Origin: the human T2T-CHM13v2.0 reference genome, Homo sapiens
Assembly: GCA_009914755.4 (NCBI GenBank)
Contig: CP086569.2
Span: forward strand, 2,720,001-2,784,000
DNA length: 64,000 bases
Reading direction: 5' to 3'
Both the position numbers and the translations under genes were made by a program. This document shows positions 39,571 through 53,546 of the stretch, piece after piece. The notes under the pieces are model-generated. The model saw only the letters and a program-made list of their open reading frames with translations. It ran no database searches and was not told where the DNA came from. Each line of letters begins with the position of its first letter. Within the stretch, counting starts at the first letter, position 1.

Positions 39571-41594
39571 GCAGCTAGAAATAAGGGGCAAGTTGCTTAC
39601 AAAAAGAACCCAGTCTGGCTAAGAGTAGACCTTTCAGCAAAAACCCTACAAACTAACAATGAGGTTTTCCACATAGTTAGAAAAATCACTTCTAAAATTC
39701 ACATGGAACAAAAACAGAGCCCAAACAGCAGAGAAATCCTAAGCAAAATAACAAAGCCAGAGGCATCACAATAGCTGATGTCAAACTATACTACAAGGCT
39801 ATAATAACCAAAAAGGTATGGTACTGGTACAAAAACAGACACATAGATAAATGGGACAGGTTAGAGAACCCAGAAATAAAGTCGTCCACCTAGAACCATT
39901 TGATCTTTGACAAACTCAACAACAGCAAGCAATGCGGAAAGAAATCCTTATTCAATAAATGCTACTAGGATAATTTACTAGCCATAGGCAGAAGATTAAA
40001 ACTGAACCCCTTTATTTAAACAGATGTAAAAAGCAACTCAACATGGATTAAAGACTTAAATGTAAAACCTAAAACTATAAAACCCTAGAGAAAAACCTAG
40101 GAAATACTATTCTGGATATTGGTCTGGCAAAGATTTCATGGTGAAGACTCCAAAAATAATTTCAACAAAAATAAAAATTGACAAACAGGACCAAATTAAA
40201 CTAAGGAGCTTTGACATAGTGAAAGAAACTACCAACACAGTAAACAGACCACCTAGAGAGTGGGAAAATACACTTGCAGACTATACATCCAACAGAAACC
40301 TAATATCCAGAATCTATAAGTAACTTTACAAAATCAAGAAAAAAAGAAAGAAAGAACTCCTCTAAAAATGGGCAAATGACATGAACAGACACTTCTCAGA
40401 AGACAAACACATGGCCAACAAGCATATGAAATAATGCACAATATCACTAATCATTAGGGAAGCACAAATTAAAACCACAATGCAATACTATCTCACACCA
40501 GTCAGAATGGCTATTATAAAAAAGTCAAAAAATAACAGATGTTGGTGAGGTTGCAAAGAAAAGAGAATGCTTATACACTGCTGGTGGGAATGTAAATTAG
40601 TTCAGCCATTGCAGAAGGCAGTTTGGTGATTCCTCAAAGTATTTAAAACACAATTACCATTTGACCAAACAATCACATTACTAAGTATATACACAAAGGA
40701 ATATAAATTTTTCTACCATAATGACATATGCACATGTAGGTTCATCACAGAACTATTCACAATAGCAAAGACATGGAATCCACCCAGATGTCCATCAATG
40801 GTGCACTTGATAAAGAAAATGTGGTTCATATACACCATGGAATGCTTCACAGCCATAAAAATAAGTAAAATTATGTCATTTGCAGCAACATGTATGCAGA
40901 CAGAGGACATTATCTTATGCAAATTAATGCAGGAACAGAAACCAAATACCACATGATCTCACTTATGAGTGGGAGCTAAACATTGTGTACACAGGGACAT
41001 AAGGAAGGGAACAATAGACATTGGGGCCTACTTGAGGGTGGAAGGTGAGAGGAGATTGAGAATTAAAACCCTACCTATGCGATGTTATGCTCATCACCTG
41101 GCTGGTGAAATGATCTGTACAGCAAACCTCTGTGACACGCAATTTACCCTTGTAACAAACCTGCACATGTACCCCCTAAACCTAAAATAGTGTTTGGAAA
41201 GAAATAAAAGACTTTTATACAATAACATGCCCATCTGCGTTACTTAATTGTATCTGTATTGGAACAAAATTAAATTTGTAAATTACCTTAAGAACAATTG
41301 ATGTTGATAATATTGAGTTTTCCCATCTAATAACATGATTTGATTTTTCATGTGTTTATGTCTACATTCATATAACTTAGGAACTTTCTATGGTTTTTGT
41401 TATATTCAAAACACATTTTTGTTAGATGTATTATTAGGTAGTTTATTTTGTTAGAGTCTATTAAAAAGTAAACAGAAGTATAAAAATAATAAAATAATTA
41501 TTGATAACTATGGACATTTTTTAAATTCATTCAAGTAATTTGGAAGCCTTTGTTTTTTAGACTTAGTTACTGAGATATTTTCCCCCCAGTTTTT

Positions 41595-43725
41595 ATTTTG
41601 GTTTAAGGAGTACATGTGCCAGTTTGTTATACGGGTAAATTGCATGCCATGCTGGTTTGGTGTACAGATAATTTTGTAACACAGGTAATCAGCATACTAC
41701 CCAGTAGAGAGTTTTTCAATTCTCACTATCCTCCTACCTTTCAACTTCAAATAAGCTCCAGTGTCTATTGCTTCTTTCTTTGTGTCCATGGGTACCAATG
41801 TTTAGCTCCCACCTATAAGTAAGAACATGTAGTCTTTGGTTTTCTGTTCCTGCATTAATTGACTTATGATTATGGCCTCCAGCTCCATTCATGTTGTGGC
41901 AAAGAATATGATCTAATTTTTAAAAATCTTTGTAGTATTCCGTGATGTACATTACATGCACCACATTTTCTTTATCCCATTCACTGTAGGTGGCCATCTA
42001 GGTTAATTCCATGTCTTTGCTATTGTGAATAGTGCAGCGATGAACTTACTCATGCGTGTGTCTTTATGGTAGAATAATATATATTCCTTTGAGTATATAC
42101 CCATTAATTGAATTGCTAGGTCAAATGTTAGTTTTGTTTTAACTTCTTTGAGAAATCTCCAAAGTGTTTTCCACATTGGCTAAAGAAAAATTAAATTCCC
42201 ACTAACTGTGTAGAAGCCTTCCCTTTTCTCCACAACCTCTCCAGCATCTGTTATTTATTTATTTTTGACTTTTTAATGATAGCCATTCTGACTGGTGTTA
42301 TTCTGATAGCCATTCTGATGGTATCTCTTTGTGGCATTGATTTGCATTTCCCTAATGATTTGTGATATTGAACATTTTTCCATATGCTTGATAGCCACGT
42401 GTGTATCTTCTTTTGAAAATTGTCTGTTCATGTCTTTGCCCATTTTTACATGGGATTATTTTTGCTTGTTGACTTGAGTTCCTTCTAGATTCTGGATATT
42501 AGACCTCTGCTGGATGCACAGTTTCCAAATATTTTCACCCATATTGTAGGTTGTCTGTTTACTCTGATAGTTTCTTTTGTTTTGCAGAAGCTCTTTAGAT
42601 CGATTAGGTCCGATTTGTCAATTTTTTGTTTTTGTTGAAATTACCTTTGGAGGCTGCATCATGATTTCTGAACAAGGGCCAATGTCTAAGAATGGCATTT
42701 CATAGGTCTTCCTCTATAGTTTTTATAGCTTTAGGTTTTACATTTAACTCTTCAAGCTATCTTGAGTTGATTTTTGTGTAGAGTATAAGGAAGGAGTCCC
42801 ATTTCAACATTCTGCATATGGCAAGCCAGCTATCCCAGCACCATTCATTGAATGGGGATTATTTCCCAATTGCTTGTTTTTGTCAGTTTTGTCGAAGATC
42901 AGATGTTTTTAGGTGTGTGGCTTTATTTGTGGCCTTTCATCCTTTCCTATTGATCTATGTGCCCATCTCTGTACCAGTACCATGCTATTTTAGTTATTTT
43001 ACCCTGGCACTATAGTGTGAAGTTGGATGTTATGATGCTTCCAGCTTTTTTCTTTTTGCTTAGGATTGCTTTGGATGTTTGTTATATTTTTGTTCCACGT
43101 GAATTTTAAAAAAGATTTTTCTGATTATGTGAAGAATGGCATTAATAATTTGATAGGAGTAGCACTGAATCTGTAAATTGCTCGGGTCATTCTTGTGGCC
43201 ATTTTAAAAATATCGATTCTTCCTATCCCTGAGCTTGGAGTGTTTTTCCATTTGTTTGTGTCATCTTTGATTTCTTTGAGCAGCATTTTGTAATTCTTGT
43301 TGAAAAGATCTTTAACTTCTCAGGTTAGTTGTTTTCCTAGGTATTTTTGTGTATATGTATGTGATTATTGGGAATGGGATTGTATTTTTGATTTGGCTCT
43401 CAGCTTGGACAGTATTGATGGATAGAAATACTACTGATGTTTGTACACTGATGTTGATTCTTGAAACATTGCTGAAGTCATTCATCAGATCTAGAAGCCT
43501 TTGTACAGGGACTAGAGGATTTTCTGGGTATAGAATTATAATGTCTTTGAAGAGAGTTTGACTCCCTGTCTTTTTATTTGACTGTCTTTTGTTTCTTTGT
43601 CTTACCTGATTGCTCTGGATAGGACTTCCAGTAGTATGCTGAATAGGTGTGGTGAGAGTGGGCATCGTTGTCTTGTTCCAGTTTTCAAGGGAAATTCTTC
43701 CAGCTTTTGGTTATTAAGTATGATG
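41595..43725 (-). mobile_element. LINE-1 (L1PA/L1PB-like), 3' UTR plus ORF2 C-terminal half, antisense (copy a)
   Basis: Antisense 3' end 'ggagtacatgtgccagtttgttatacgggtaaattgcatgccatgctggtttggtg', then 'ccaccaac...', 'gttgtctgtttactctgatagtttcttttgttttgcagaagctctttag', and ORF2 RT ending at 'ccagcttttggttattaagtatgatgtcagctgtg'. ORF fragments 43312-43665 and 43602-43811 match L1 ORF2p ('[30 protein letters not shown]'). Confidence 0.8.
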
Positions 43726-43745
43726 TCAGCTGTGCAGAAGCTATT

Positions 43746-43965
43746 TAGTTTAATTAGGTCCCATTTGTCAGAGACAGGAAAAAAAAAACTTAGTACCCCA
43801 AATTGCCACAATATATGACCTATAACGTTCAGTTATCAAAAAACTACAAGATATGCAAATAAATAGGAATGTGTGAATGATACACAGAAAAAAGGAAACA
43901 ATGGGAAAAGTATGTAAAAATGAGGAGCTATCAGATATAACAGAAAAAGACTTAAACAGCTTCTG
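43746..43965. repeat. Inverted-duplication arm A, about 215 bp, including an A10 run
   Basis: 'agacaggaaaaaaaaaacttagtaccccaaattgccacaatatatgacctataacgttcagttatc...cagatataacagaaaaagacttaaa' is the reverse complement of 47156-47345 with 1 mismatch plus 10 versus 11 A/T. Confidence 0.9.
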
Positions 43966-44662
43966 CACAGCTTCTCTGTTTCTGTTGTTGCTTACTTTGT
44001 TGCAATTGCTTTTGGCATCATTGTCATAAAATCTTTGTCAAGGCTTATGTCTAGAATGGATTTTCCTGGGTTTTCTTCAAAGGTTTTTATAATTTTAGGT
44101 TTTACATTTATGTCTTTAATAATCTTGAGTTGATTTTTGTATATGGTGTAAGAAAGTGGTTCACTTTCAATCATCTGCATATGACTAGCCAGCTATCCCA
44201 GCTCCATTTATTAAATAGGGAGGCCTTTTCCCACTGCCTTTTTTTGTTGACATTTTCAAAGAACAGATGGTTGTAGGCGTGTGGCTTTATTTCTGGGCTC
44301 TCTATTCTGTTCCATTGATCTATGTGTCTGTTTTTGTACCACTTCCACGCTATTTTGGTTACTGTAGCCTTGTAGTATAGTTTGAAGTTCAGTAATGTAA
44401 TGCTTCCAGGTTTAATGTTTTTTGTTTGTTTGTTTGTTTTGTTCTTCTTAGAATGTCTTTGGCTATTCCGGCTCTGTTTTGGTTCCATATATATATATAT
44501 ATATATTTTATAATTGTGTGAAGAATGTCATTGGTACTCTGATAGAAATGGCATTGAATCTGTAAATTGCTTTGGGCAGTATGGCCATTTTTATGATATT
44601 GATTCATCCTATCCATGAGCATGGAATATTTTTCCATCTGTTTTTTGCCATTTCTGATTTCT

Positions 44663-44744
44663 TTCTTTCCTTCCTGCCTTCCTGCTTTCTTTCTTTCTGT
44701 CTTTCTGTCTTTCCTTCTTTCATCATCTTCTTCTGTTTGTTTGT
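44663..44744. repeat. (TTCC)n/(CTTT)n polypyrimidine tract (Alu tail)
   Basis: 'ctttctttccttcctgccttcctgctttctttctttctgtctttctgtctttccttctttc'. Confidence 0.9.
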
Positions 44745-45032
<288 letters not shown>

Positions 45033-45220
45033 ATTTTTTGAGCACTGTTTGGTAGTTCTCCTTGAAGAGGTCTTTCACGTCCCTGGTTAGCTTTATTCCT
45101 AGGTACTAATATTTTATTCTTTTTACGGCTATTTTGTAAAGAATTGTGTTCTTGATTTGACACTCAGCTTGGATGTGGCTGGTGTATAAAATGGTACTTA
45201 TTTTTGCAGATTGATTTTTA

Positions 45221-45860
45221 GGCAGGAGAATAGGGCTTGGAGGCAGGTAACCTAAGGCCAATTCGTGCTGAGTCACAGAAAAACATCAAGCTCTGTGGGC
45301 AAGGAATCTAAGGGCAATTCACTCTGACTTTTCAAAGCTGGATCAAAAGGAAAACACCTGGGTCTGGGGGCAGGGAACCTAAGGCCAATTAACACAAAAT
45401 TCCTAAAGCTAAACCAAAAGGAAAAACCCCATCTCCCACAGGGAGTAACAAAGGAACAAGGCTACTCTCCCAACAACCCTCCCTCCCCCTTCCACCGTCT
45501 CAGTTGGAAAGGGAGAGTACCTTGGATTAGCCACAGGCCAAGCAGGGACCATCCCTTTATCTGCATTGGGCACCAATTCACAGCAGCCTTTAACCACAGA
45601 CCAAATCCTTCATCCAGATAAGGGGTAGTCCAAGAACCTCAAACAGAGTTCTTAAAGCCCAGAAACTTTTGTAACTGGGCCATGGGGCCGCTTGCTGGGA
45701 CCCACTCTCTCCCTGCAGAGTGCTTTCTCGCTTTAATAAATTCCTGCTTTCACTGCTTCGTTCTTGCATTTCATTTCTCTGCTACTTTGTGCGTTTTGTT
45801 CAATTCTTTGTTTAAAACGCCAAGGACCTAGAGAGTGTGTAGTCAAGACCCACTACCGGT
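45221..45860 (+). mobile_element. LTR-like insertion (about 640 bp, probably an ERV solo LTR, family undetermined) inside L1 copy b
   Basis: It interrupts L1 sequence, which resumes at 'taattttgtatcatgaaac', with a short duplicated 'atttt' at both junctions. It contains three tandem repeats of about 65 bp ('gg.agg.aacctaaggccaatt...aaaaggaaaa') at 45236-45440 and a polyadenylation-like 'ctttaataaattcctgctttcactgcttcgttcttgc' at about 45735. Confidence 0.4.
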
Positions 45861-46412
45861 AATAATTTTGTATCATGAAACTTTTCTGAAGCTGGTTACC
45901 AGATCTAAGAACTTTGGGGCAGAGACTATGAGGTCTTCTAGGTATAAAATCGTATCAACTACAAAGAGAGATGGTTTGAATTCCTCTCTTCCTATTTGGT
46001 TGCCTTTCATTTCTTTGCTTGATTGCTCTGGCTAGGACATTCAGTACGATGTTCACTAGAATTGTGGAGAGTGGGCACCCTTGTCTTGTTCCATTTCCCT
46101 AGGGAAATGTTTCCAGTTTTTGCCTGTTTCCTAAGATGTTGGCCATGTGTTTGTCATAGATGGCTCTTATCATTTTGAAGTATGTTTCTTCAATGCCTAA
46201 TTTGGTGAGAGTTTTAAACATGAAAGAATGCTGATTTTTGCTGAAAGCCTTTTCTGCATCTATTGAGATGATCGTTTTTTAAAAGTTCTTTTTATGTAAT
46301 AGACCACATTTATTGATTTGCATGTGTGGAACCAACCTTGCCTCCCAAAGATAAAGTCGACTTGATCATGGTGGATTAGCTTTTTGATGTGCTGCTGGAT
46401 TCATTTTGCCAG

Positions 46413-46448
46413 TTTTTTTTCTTTCTTTCTTTCTTTTTTTTTTTTTTT
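46413..46448. repeat. (T)n(CTTT)n simple repeat
   Basis: 'ttttttttctttctttctttcttttttttttttttt'. Confidence 0.9.
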
Positions 46449-47155
46449 GAGCATTTTGGCAGTGTTTGTTGTTGTTGCTGTTGTCATTGTGTCTCTGCCA
46501 GGTTTGTTATCAGAATAATGCTGGCCGCATAGAAGAGTTAGGCAGGAATCCCTCCTCTTAAGTTTTTGGAACAGCTTCAGTTAGAATGGTACCAGCTCTT
46601 CTTTATACATCTTGTAGAATTCAGCTTTTAATTAATCTGGTTTTGGGCTTTTTCTGGTTGGTAGGCTTTTTATTACTGATTCAATTTTGGAACTCATTAT
46701 TGGTCTGTTCAGCATTTGAATTTCTTCCTAGTTCAATTTTGAGAGGTTGTATGCTTCTCAGAATTTATTCATTTTTTCTAGGTTTTCTAGTTTGTGTTCA
46801 TAGAGGTGTTTGTAATAGTCACTGATGATTTTTGTATTTCTGTGAATGTTGTGATAATGTCCTCTGTCATTTTTGGTTGTATTTACTTGGATCTTGTCTT
46901 TTTTTTTCTTTTCTTTATTATTCTAGCTAGCAGTCCATCAATCTTATTTATTCTTTCAAAAAACAAACCTAGTTTTATAAAAATTTTCTGTATTTTTTGT
47001 GTCAATTGTATTCAGGTCTAATTTTGCTTATTTCTTTTGTTTTCTGCTTGCTTCTGAGTTGGTTTATGCTTACTTTTCTAGTTCTTCTACATTTGATGTT
47101 CAATTGTTAATAGAGATCTTCATGATAGTTATTTGAACATATTTATCATGGCTCC

Positions 47156-47345
47156 TTTAAGTCTTTTTCTGTTATATCTGATAGCTCCTCATTTTTACAT
47201 ACTTTTCCCATTGTTTCCTTTTTTCTGTGTATCATTCACATATTCCTATTTATTTGCATATCTTGTAGTTTTTTGATAACTGAACGTTATAGGTCATATA
47301 TTGTGGCAATTTGGGGTACTAAGTTTTTTTTTTTCCTGTCTCTGT
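47156..47345. repeat. Inverted-duplication arm B
   Basis: 'tttaagtctttttctgttatatctgatagctcctcatttttacatac...ggtcatatattgtggcaatttggggtactaagtttttttttttcctgtctc'. The arm is followed by 'tctctgtttctgttgttgcttactttgtt', a 29-mer that also follows arm A in direct orientation (43972-44000 versus 47339-47367). Confidence 0.9.
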
Positions 47346-48897
47346 TTCTGTTGTTGCTTACTTTGTTATTATTATGATTTTTAACCTGGCTAGGCCATTT
47401 TAGTGAAATTGATCACTACAGCAGTTTGAAGCCTTTTGTGTTCCTCCTTTGAAGTCACCTACATGGCTGTGTATAATCACCCTGAGATTGTAGTGGCTTT
47501 GTCAGAGATCTCTTTGATTATCTCTTTTCATATTTTTTCTGTAAAACTCTCTGCGTCATTTGGTATTATTTCCCTCCAGTTCAGCTTCATTATCAGCTGA
47601 TTTCTCTATTGTATTCAGCAATACCCTGAGTGAACTATTGCTCAGCAATTTGATCCAGTTAAGTTGGGTCAGGAATAGTATTTAAGGCCAGTCTTTAAAC
47701 TTTGTCATGACTTTAGGGTCGCTATTCTTAGCTACATTTTTTCATACATTCTGGTAAAGTATCTGGCCTATGTTTCAGATTGCTGATCTTGATTGAGAAG
47801 AGCCATTGCTACTGAGAGTGTCCTTAATTTAAAACTCCTACATGTTCTATAAAGTCATATTTTGTAAGGGGAGCTTCATAGCTCTCTTTCCTTATACTCT
47901 TCCCTTCTCTCTGGCTAACTATATGACTAACTACTCTGGGCACTAGGCAGGCCACTAGACTGTGTTCTCTTATGCTTGCCTCTCCTAACATGGAAACTGC
48001 CCAATAAATGAGCTAGGGCAAGAGCATTTGGGGGTCCCAGAATTCTCAGCTTACCACATTGGGGTTAGAGCTTCTATCCTCTATGTAGAGACTGGGTGTA
48101 GGTAAAAGGTCCCACTTCTTGGTCACACTCACTATTAATTTGGCCTCTTTAACTAGGAGTTGGAGGAGATAAAACATGTTGATGACCTACCCCTCTAGGT
48201 GAGAGATAGAGTAAACCTTAATTTGGATTTCAGAGTAGAGAGTCTATCTTCTTGGCTATATCCACCTGATATAAAATTTCTGTCAAGATGAGCCCAGGAT
48301 AGGTGAAGGAGAAGGTCTCAGATACCATGGGGTCTCTGTGCTCTTATTAAGTTTTAGTAGATTTTTAAAATAACTTAGTTTTGTTAATTAGGACGATTTC
48401 TAGGGACATTAAGTGGTTGTGATTTTAAATGTTTTTATGCTAGTTAGGCATTTTTCACAAGGGAGTGTCTCTGTGAAACACTACATGTCATCATTCTTAA
48501 AGAAAAGCACTCTAGTTGGTTTGTTAAAATGAGCATGTATGCAAGGAAAAAAAATTATCAGACAATAAACATTATACATAGTTTTAATTGCATTGATGGG
48601 AGTGGGAGTTTTGCATTTTCACATCTTACATAATGGATGAACAGAGAACTTTAGTTCTTAGTAAGAAAACAAAAACATTGAACCATGGATAGAACAGTGG
48701 GGAGCTCTCTTTTGAACAACTTGTAGGTTGATGAGTAAATCAACACTAGCACTTATGTCTATCCAGAAAATAATCAGGAGATTATCACAGCTCATGAGAT
48801 AAGCACAGTAGATACGTTATAGCTTTTAAACAAATTTCTTTCTAAACACAATAAAAGGAGAAATTTAATTGTTTTGCTTAAGATAAAAACCTAAGTA

Positions 48898-49214
48898 GGC
48901 TGGGCGCGGTGGCTCACGCCTGTAATCCCAGCACTTTGGGAGGCTGAGGTGGGTGGATAAGGAGGTCAGGAGGTCGAGATCATCCTGGCCAACATGGTGA
49001 AACCCCATGGCTACTAAAAATACAAAAATTAGCCAGTGTAGTGGCGTGCACCCGTAGTCCCAGTTACTCAGGAGGGTGAGGCAGGAGAATCGCTTGAACC
49101 CAGGAGGTGGAGGTTACAGTGAGCTGAGACAGCACCGTTGCAGCTTGGGCGACAGAGCAAGACTCGGTCTTCAAAAAAAAAAAAAAAAAGAAAGATAAAA
49201 GAAAGAAAAAAAAA
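48898..49214 (+). mobile_element. Full-length Alu (AluS/AluY-like), sense, with a long A-rich tail and 12-13-bp TSD
   Basis: 'ggctgggcgcggtggctcacgcctgtaatcccagcactttgggaggctgaggtgggtggataaggaggtcaggaggtcgagatcatcctggccaacatggtgaaacc...'; tail 'aaaaaaaaaaaaaaaaagaaagataaaagaaagaaaaaaaaa'. TSD 'aaaaacctaagta' at 48885-48897 and 'aaaccctaagta' at 49212-49223. Confidence 0.9.
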
Positions 49215-52200
49215 CCCTAAGTAAAAGTGAAGAAATATGCATATTATATTGAAGTATTAGAAAAAGTGAACTAATAGACAATAGATTATTCTAAGTGAGA
49301 TCAATTGCAAAATAAAATTTATGAAGAGAAAAGCCCACAATTACAATGAAAAACAGAGTAACAGAAAAACACTCAACAAAGCAAATAAAAGTAAAATTAT
49401 TCTTTGAACTGACTTTATACAAATTTGAGTAAAATGATTAATTTGTAAGAAAATTATAATTACCAATAAATTGACTCAAGAAGCAATAGAAAAGCTACTC
49501 AGATGAGTATTATATACAATATTGAGTACATTTTCAAAGGGTTATACTATGAATTTTTTCTGGCCCAGAAAATTTTGCAGGCAGTTTTTGCAGTATGTTT
49601 AAGAACAGATAATTTTGTTGCTATTTAGCTATTCCTAAGTATAGAGAACAAAGAAAAAAATTATGCTTTTTTTTCAAGATTCAAGAATAAGTGAAATATG
49701 CTTAGCACACTGGTAGTGTGCTACTTTGTTTATTTTCATTATTACTAAATCATCATAACATTGTAACCAATGTCTGACAAAGACAGATCTAGGAGAAAAT
49801 AAGAATACCAATTCACCTCACTGATAGACACTGACACACACATTTTTGATAATATGTAACTGCACTGCCTCCTGTAATACATGCATAAAAATTACATCAT
49901 GATCAATTAAGATTAACCTGGGAATGCAGAGATCATACAGTCATAGTTTTATCTATTTTAGCTAATTCACCATTTTGATAAAAATGAAAAATGATCTTAA
50001 TGATAAAAGTAAATTTGATATAATTAACAACTAATTTTCTAATCACAACATTTAAGTAAATCAGCCCCCCAAATTAATCTCTCTGTGCAAATATCAAAGA
50101 CTAACTAAACTTACAAAATTTGCATTTGATTATATTTAGAGGGTATTATCCAACAAACTAATGTACTTACTGCTTGGAAAAAGCAAGTCTCTGTGATTCT
50201 GGAATACCTGTCAGTCAGCTCTGAGATTACTTTCTTATGTTAAGAAATACTTGTCTATCAACTGTGAGATTACTTTCCTTTGCTTCTTAATCCTATGTAT
50301 TTTATTTTGGCATTTAAAATTAGTATTCTGTGAAGGGATCCATTTTTTTTTTACTGACAAAGAGGTGCACAGAACAAAAAAAAATGAGTAAATATAGCTC
50401 CTGTTTGGCAGCCTCCTTTGTATGGCTTTAGCTCTAACCATTGTTAGAGCTAATGGTCTCAATATCACCATTTCTTCCTTTTTGTCCCTTGAGAGCTAAT
50501 GGTTACAAGGACTTCTTTCTGTTGCTAGTTACCAGATGCCTCAATCTGCCTCATTGGTTCTCTTAATCTTGCCATAATTTGCGGAATAGTCCTTTCCTTA
50601 AATATTCTTCAATTCCAGGCTTAGCAGGTCTTCTGTTTCCTTTGAAGATAAGTAGCAAATATATTATCCTGCCTTTATGGACAGAATTTTTGCATAGGCA
50701 GAATAGGCAAGGGAGTTAGCTTTATAAAGTTTGATGAGAATTGTGTCAATACAGAGCTCCTTTGCTAAATATATATGACTTGCATAATGAAATACTAAAA
50801 TCCTCTACTAACTTCTTTTAGATATCATACTCTACAGATGTCCCTCATTTTAAAATTCAGATGTTCTCTGGAGGTCTAACATATTCAGTTCCTTAAAAAG
50901 AAATATTATTTTTCTTTATTAACCAGACGTGCTGCTCCTTTGCCTGTGAAGTCCTGAGTACTGAAAGAGGTTCAAGTAATACGGAAAAATGATGTTATTT
51001 TAAAAGGCAAACTTCCTCTTCTGTCTACTTTTCCATTTTGTCATGGGCCATCTATGACATCACTTATAAAGGAAATACAAGAAGTAATATTTCTGCACTT
51101 TGAGTTTTAGTGAGTAAATAAAAAATTGTACACATTCAAATCCTATACAGTACAAGCATTTATTAGTGTTATACTCCTATATTCTTGTTTCTGCTTGTGC
51201 CTGGGTGCAGAAGAAATTGCAAAACATTGGGAGTGATGTCTTATTTATGTACTATCCTCTGGAGCATCATCAATGTCTGCTAGAATGACTTATCACAACT
51301 GGTCTGTGGTGCCACCCTCTGTCCCTACCTTAACTACTTTGTTGCAACTGAGCTTGTCCTAAATTTTGGACATATGCTAACTTTGACTGCTGACATTTCT
51401 GGAATGTGCAGTGGCCTGTATTCATAAGAATCACAGACTTTGAACCTTCCTTGTCATAAGCCCGGGCCTATTTTGGCCATCAGTTCTCTCAACACTCTTA
51501 CACCTTCCCATTAGGTAGGGCATGCAGAAATTTCTGGTTCTACTCCATGGCCCATTGGGACAATGTGAAACAGAGAAATAAATCATCTTAGATACTCTAT
51601 TTACCAGAACATAAAATATATTCAACTGTACTCCATTGAACTATCTCATGTTGGCATGTAACATACTGTAATGATGTCTTCCTCCAGAGTTCCAAATAAT
51701 AAGTGATACAGAAACACATTTTGTTTGTTTGTTTTCCTCACTTACACTCTCAATCTTATAATTCTATCTATCCATATGCCCAGTGCCCAGGGGGCCTAAT
51801 ACTGCCTCCTTTAAATATTTCCGTCATCATCTCATGTCCATGTAGTATTCTTTTTGCCTCCCTTCATTGTGGACACTGCCCTTGAATGATACCTTGTGTT
51901 TTCAAATATATAAGAGAGAAGGGAGAGTACAGTAGGAGCTGAAAATAGAGAGTTCTGAAGTAATACCTTTTAACTTGCTATTAGGACTCTTAACTTTACT
52001 TTGTGTGGAATAAAAAGCATTGGAAAGTTTTGAGCAGTGGAGAGGTATGACAAAACATTTTAGAAGAATCAGTATGGCTGCCACACTGAGAATAGATCAT
52101 AGCGTGGTGGTGGCCAAAACAGAGACTAATTAGAGGCTATTGCCATAACACAGGTGACAGATACTGGCTTGGAGCAAAGCTGTAGCAGTTGAAGGGGTGA

Positions 52201-52574
52201 AAAGTGTCGAGTTTTAGATGATTTTTTTTTCGTGGAAGAGATGACAGTGTTTTCTTGTGGGCTGGAAGTAGGGCTTAAGAGAAAGGCTTTAAGAATAATT
52301 AAAAAGAGACTGCTGACTGCTTGCCATTTTCTTTCTTAATAACAAATTATCCTTATTATTGGAGGTGGGAATATTTTCAAGTTATAAAAGAAGGAAGAGA
52401 AGGAGGAGGGGAAGAAGGAAGAGGAGAAAGAGAATTCATTTCTCAGCTTCTCTTTCAAATGAAAGTAGCCAAGAAAATGCAATGATAAAATTGCCTGGTG
52501 GAGCTTTTGGGAATGCACTTTAAAATGAGTTGCTTAGCTAGAATGTTTACTTTATTGTACTCATCTTTTCTTTT

Positions 52575-52700
52575 TAAAAATTTTTTTGTTTTTAAAATTT
52601 TGTGTAGGTACATAGTAGAGGTCCATCTTCATGGTGTACATGAGATACTCTGATACAGGCATGCAACGTGAAATATGCACATTATATAGCATGTACTCAT
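52575..52700 (-). mobile_element. L1 3'-terminal fragment, antisense
   Basis: 'ttttgtgtaggtacatagtagaggtccatcttcatggtgtacatgagatactctgatacaggcatgcaacgtgaaatatgcacatt' resembles the antisense L1PB/L1MA 3' end 'tttgtgggtacatagtaggtgtatatatttatggggtacatgagatgttttgatacaggcatgcaatg'. Confidence 0.5.
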
Positions 52701-53526
52701 CTTTTGTTCCTTTCTGCTATCTGGAATATGGACTAAAATACCAAGATGTTTGCAAATGATGCATTTTAAGCCCTAAACTGGTAACAGTGGTTGTCTATAT
52801 CTAAAATATTTGTCAAATAGGAAAAAATCATTCTTGTGTTTAAACCACTGTAATCAGGTCTCCATTACTTGTATTTTAGCTTAAATTCTAAGTAAAACAA
52901 ATGAATTCAAGATTTTTGTTCTTAGCAGATCTAATGATGGCACTGCCATTTACTGAGAAGGAGAAAGCAGTTGGGAGGAGCAGATTTTGAGGGAAAACCA
53001 GGAGCTCAGTTTTGCATGCGTTAAGTTTTTGATGCCCATTAGATATCTATGTACAAATTTTTAGTAGGTATCTGGCCATATGAGTCTGGATATCATGGAG
53101 TCTTAGAAATAATTATGTGAAATGCCTGATACCTGTGAGTGATGTCTAAAGCCAGTACAAACTTTATAATTTCCCAAATGCTATTGATATATTTAAAACA
53201 GTTTATTTCAAATCGTCTTTATTTTTTGTATAATCAGAAAAATATTAGTTCATAATTAATGTATAAAAATGGGTAAATATCCTTTCTGCTTTGTTTTCTT
53301 TTACCACAATGGCATCACAATGAAGATTTACTAAATTAAATAAAGTTGATTTCAGCTAACATCTTCAAATCTTTGTAATATCCTGGATGCCAATGTATTT
53401 AAGTCAACTTGGACAAAACTATATTCAGTATAATAAATAAAATACTAATAAGATCACTAATTCTATTATGTAATTACAATTTATTTGTGACAATGTTCAT
53501 TAGTACCAAAATAGTTATATATGTAA

Positions 53527-53546
53527 ACACACACACACACACACAC
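53527..53546. repeat. (CA)10 microsatellite
   Basis: 'acacacacacacacacacac'. Confidence 0.9.

Larger units (their letters stand above)
38560..41200 (+). mobile_element. LINE-1 (older L1P/L1M-type), sense, with 5' region and ORF1 start, a roughly 2.9-kb internal deletion from mid-ORF1 to mid-ORF2, and ORF2 C-terminus plus 3' end
   Basis: ORF1 coiled-coil fragment at 38834-39109 and ORF1 mid-region ('[30 protein letters not shown]', compare L1 'NFPNLARQANIQIQEIQRTPQRYSSRRATP'). Then a direct jump to ORF2 ('...ttcacatggaacaaaaacagagcccaaacagcagagaaatcctaagcaaaataacaaagccagaggcatcacaatagctgatgtcaaactatactacaaggctataataaccaaaaaggtatggtactgg'), continuing to the 3' end 'caaacctgcacatgtaccccctaaacctaaaata'. 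Confidence 0.75.

Noticed and set aside
39203-39591. Longest ORFs in the track (118, 102, 90 and 84 aa, rich in Y/I/H/K/M) on both strands
   Set aside because: They are translations of the 42-bp minisatellite and the (TA)n(CA)n repeat. Because 42 is a multiple of 3 the frame stays open, and the peptide is periodic ('[15 protein letters not shown]' repeated). Not coding.
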